Below are positions 63,708-64,000 of a stretch of DNA of 64,000 nt, one piece after another. Positions within the stretch are counted from its first letter, which is position 1, and every line of letters starts with the position of its first letter. Origin of the DNA: Octopus vulgaris (Eukaryota); NCBI GenBank assembly GCA_951406725.2, contig OX597824.1, positions 45,942,001 to 46,006,000 on the forward strand. Reading direction: 5' to 3'. Position numbers and translations under genes: made by a program. A model generated the notes under the pieces. The model made no database searches, was not told where the DNA came from, and saw only the letters and a list, made by a program, of their open reading frames with translations.

Positions 63708-63834
63708 ATCATCATCATCATCATCATCACCATCATCGTTTAACGTCCGCTTTCCATGCTAGCATGGGTTGGACAATTTGACTGAGGACTGGCGAACCAG
63801 ATGGCTGCACCAGGCTCCAATCTGGTGCAGCCAT
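63706..63834 (-). mobile_element. Short 5'-truncated RTE-X-like tail copy next to (TG)n
   Basis: (CAT)n cgtttaacgtccgctttccatgctagcatgggttgg, close to 18208-18320. Confidence 0.8.
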
Positions 63835-64000
63835 AACAAGTATATTATTGACATTGACTTCAAAGTTTTGGCCAGTTAAGCCATTGTTGGACTGCAATGC
63901 ACTGAAGTTGATCTTGGCTTTATATAGTTTCTGTTGAGTTAAAAATCTTTCTTGGATATGTGGGTTTGAGTGGAGTGGTAATTAGATTTCAAGGTGAGTT

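Noticed and set aside
63991-64000. Perfect splice donor aag|gtgagt at the window edge
   Set aside because: No supporting acceptor or ORF, and the upstream sequence resembles a repeat also seen at ~54352-54396.

Overview
AT-rich, microsatellite-dense metazoan DNA, almost entirely non-coding. The SINE families and repeat style suggest an octopus (cephalopod) genome; this is an inference from recognition, not a search result. No intact host protein-coding gene is evident, and most ORFs in the track are translated microsatellites or transposon fragments. One candidate 50-bp minus-strand exon lies at 53497-53546. The window is a mosaic of tRNA-derived SINEs, decayed LINEs (RTE, RTE-X-like, CR1-like, a CRE-like fragment), Tc1/mariner elements (DD36E Tc1, DD37D maT, mariner), pogo, hAT, piggyBac and Helitron-type non-autonomous elements, and several fold-back hairpins that carry minimal hammerhead-ribozyme motifs typical of Penelope-like elements. 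The standout is a young, CpG-rich, ~11.1-kb non-coding composite element on the minus strand (18208-29334). It has 33 near-identical 303-bp 5' monomers, a GC-box linker, several internal VNTRs and a 3' end with a (GAT)n tail. That 3' end is homologous to the tail of an RTE-X-like LINE present in the same window, which suggests an SVA-like, LINE-mobilised retroposon.
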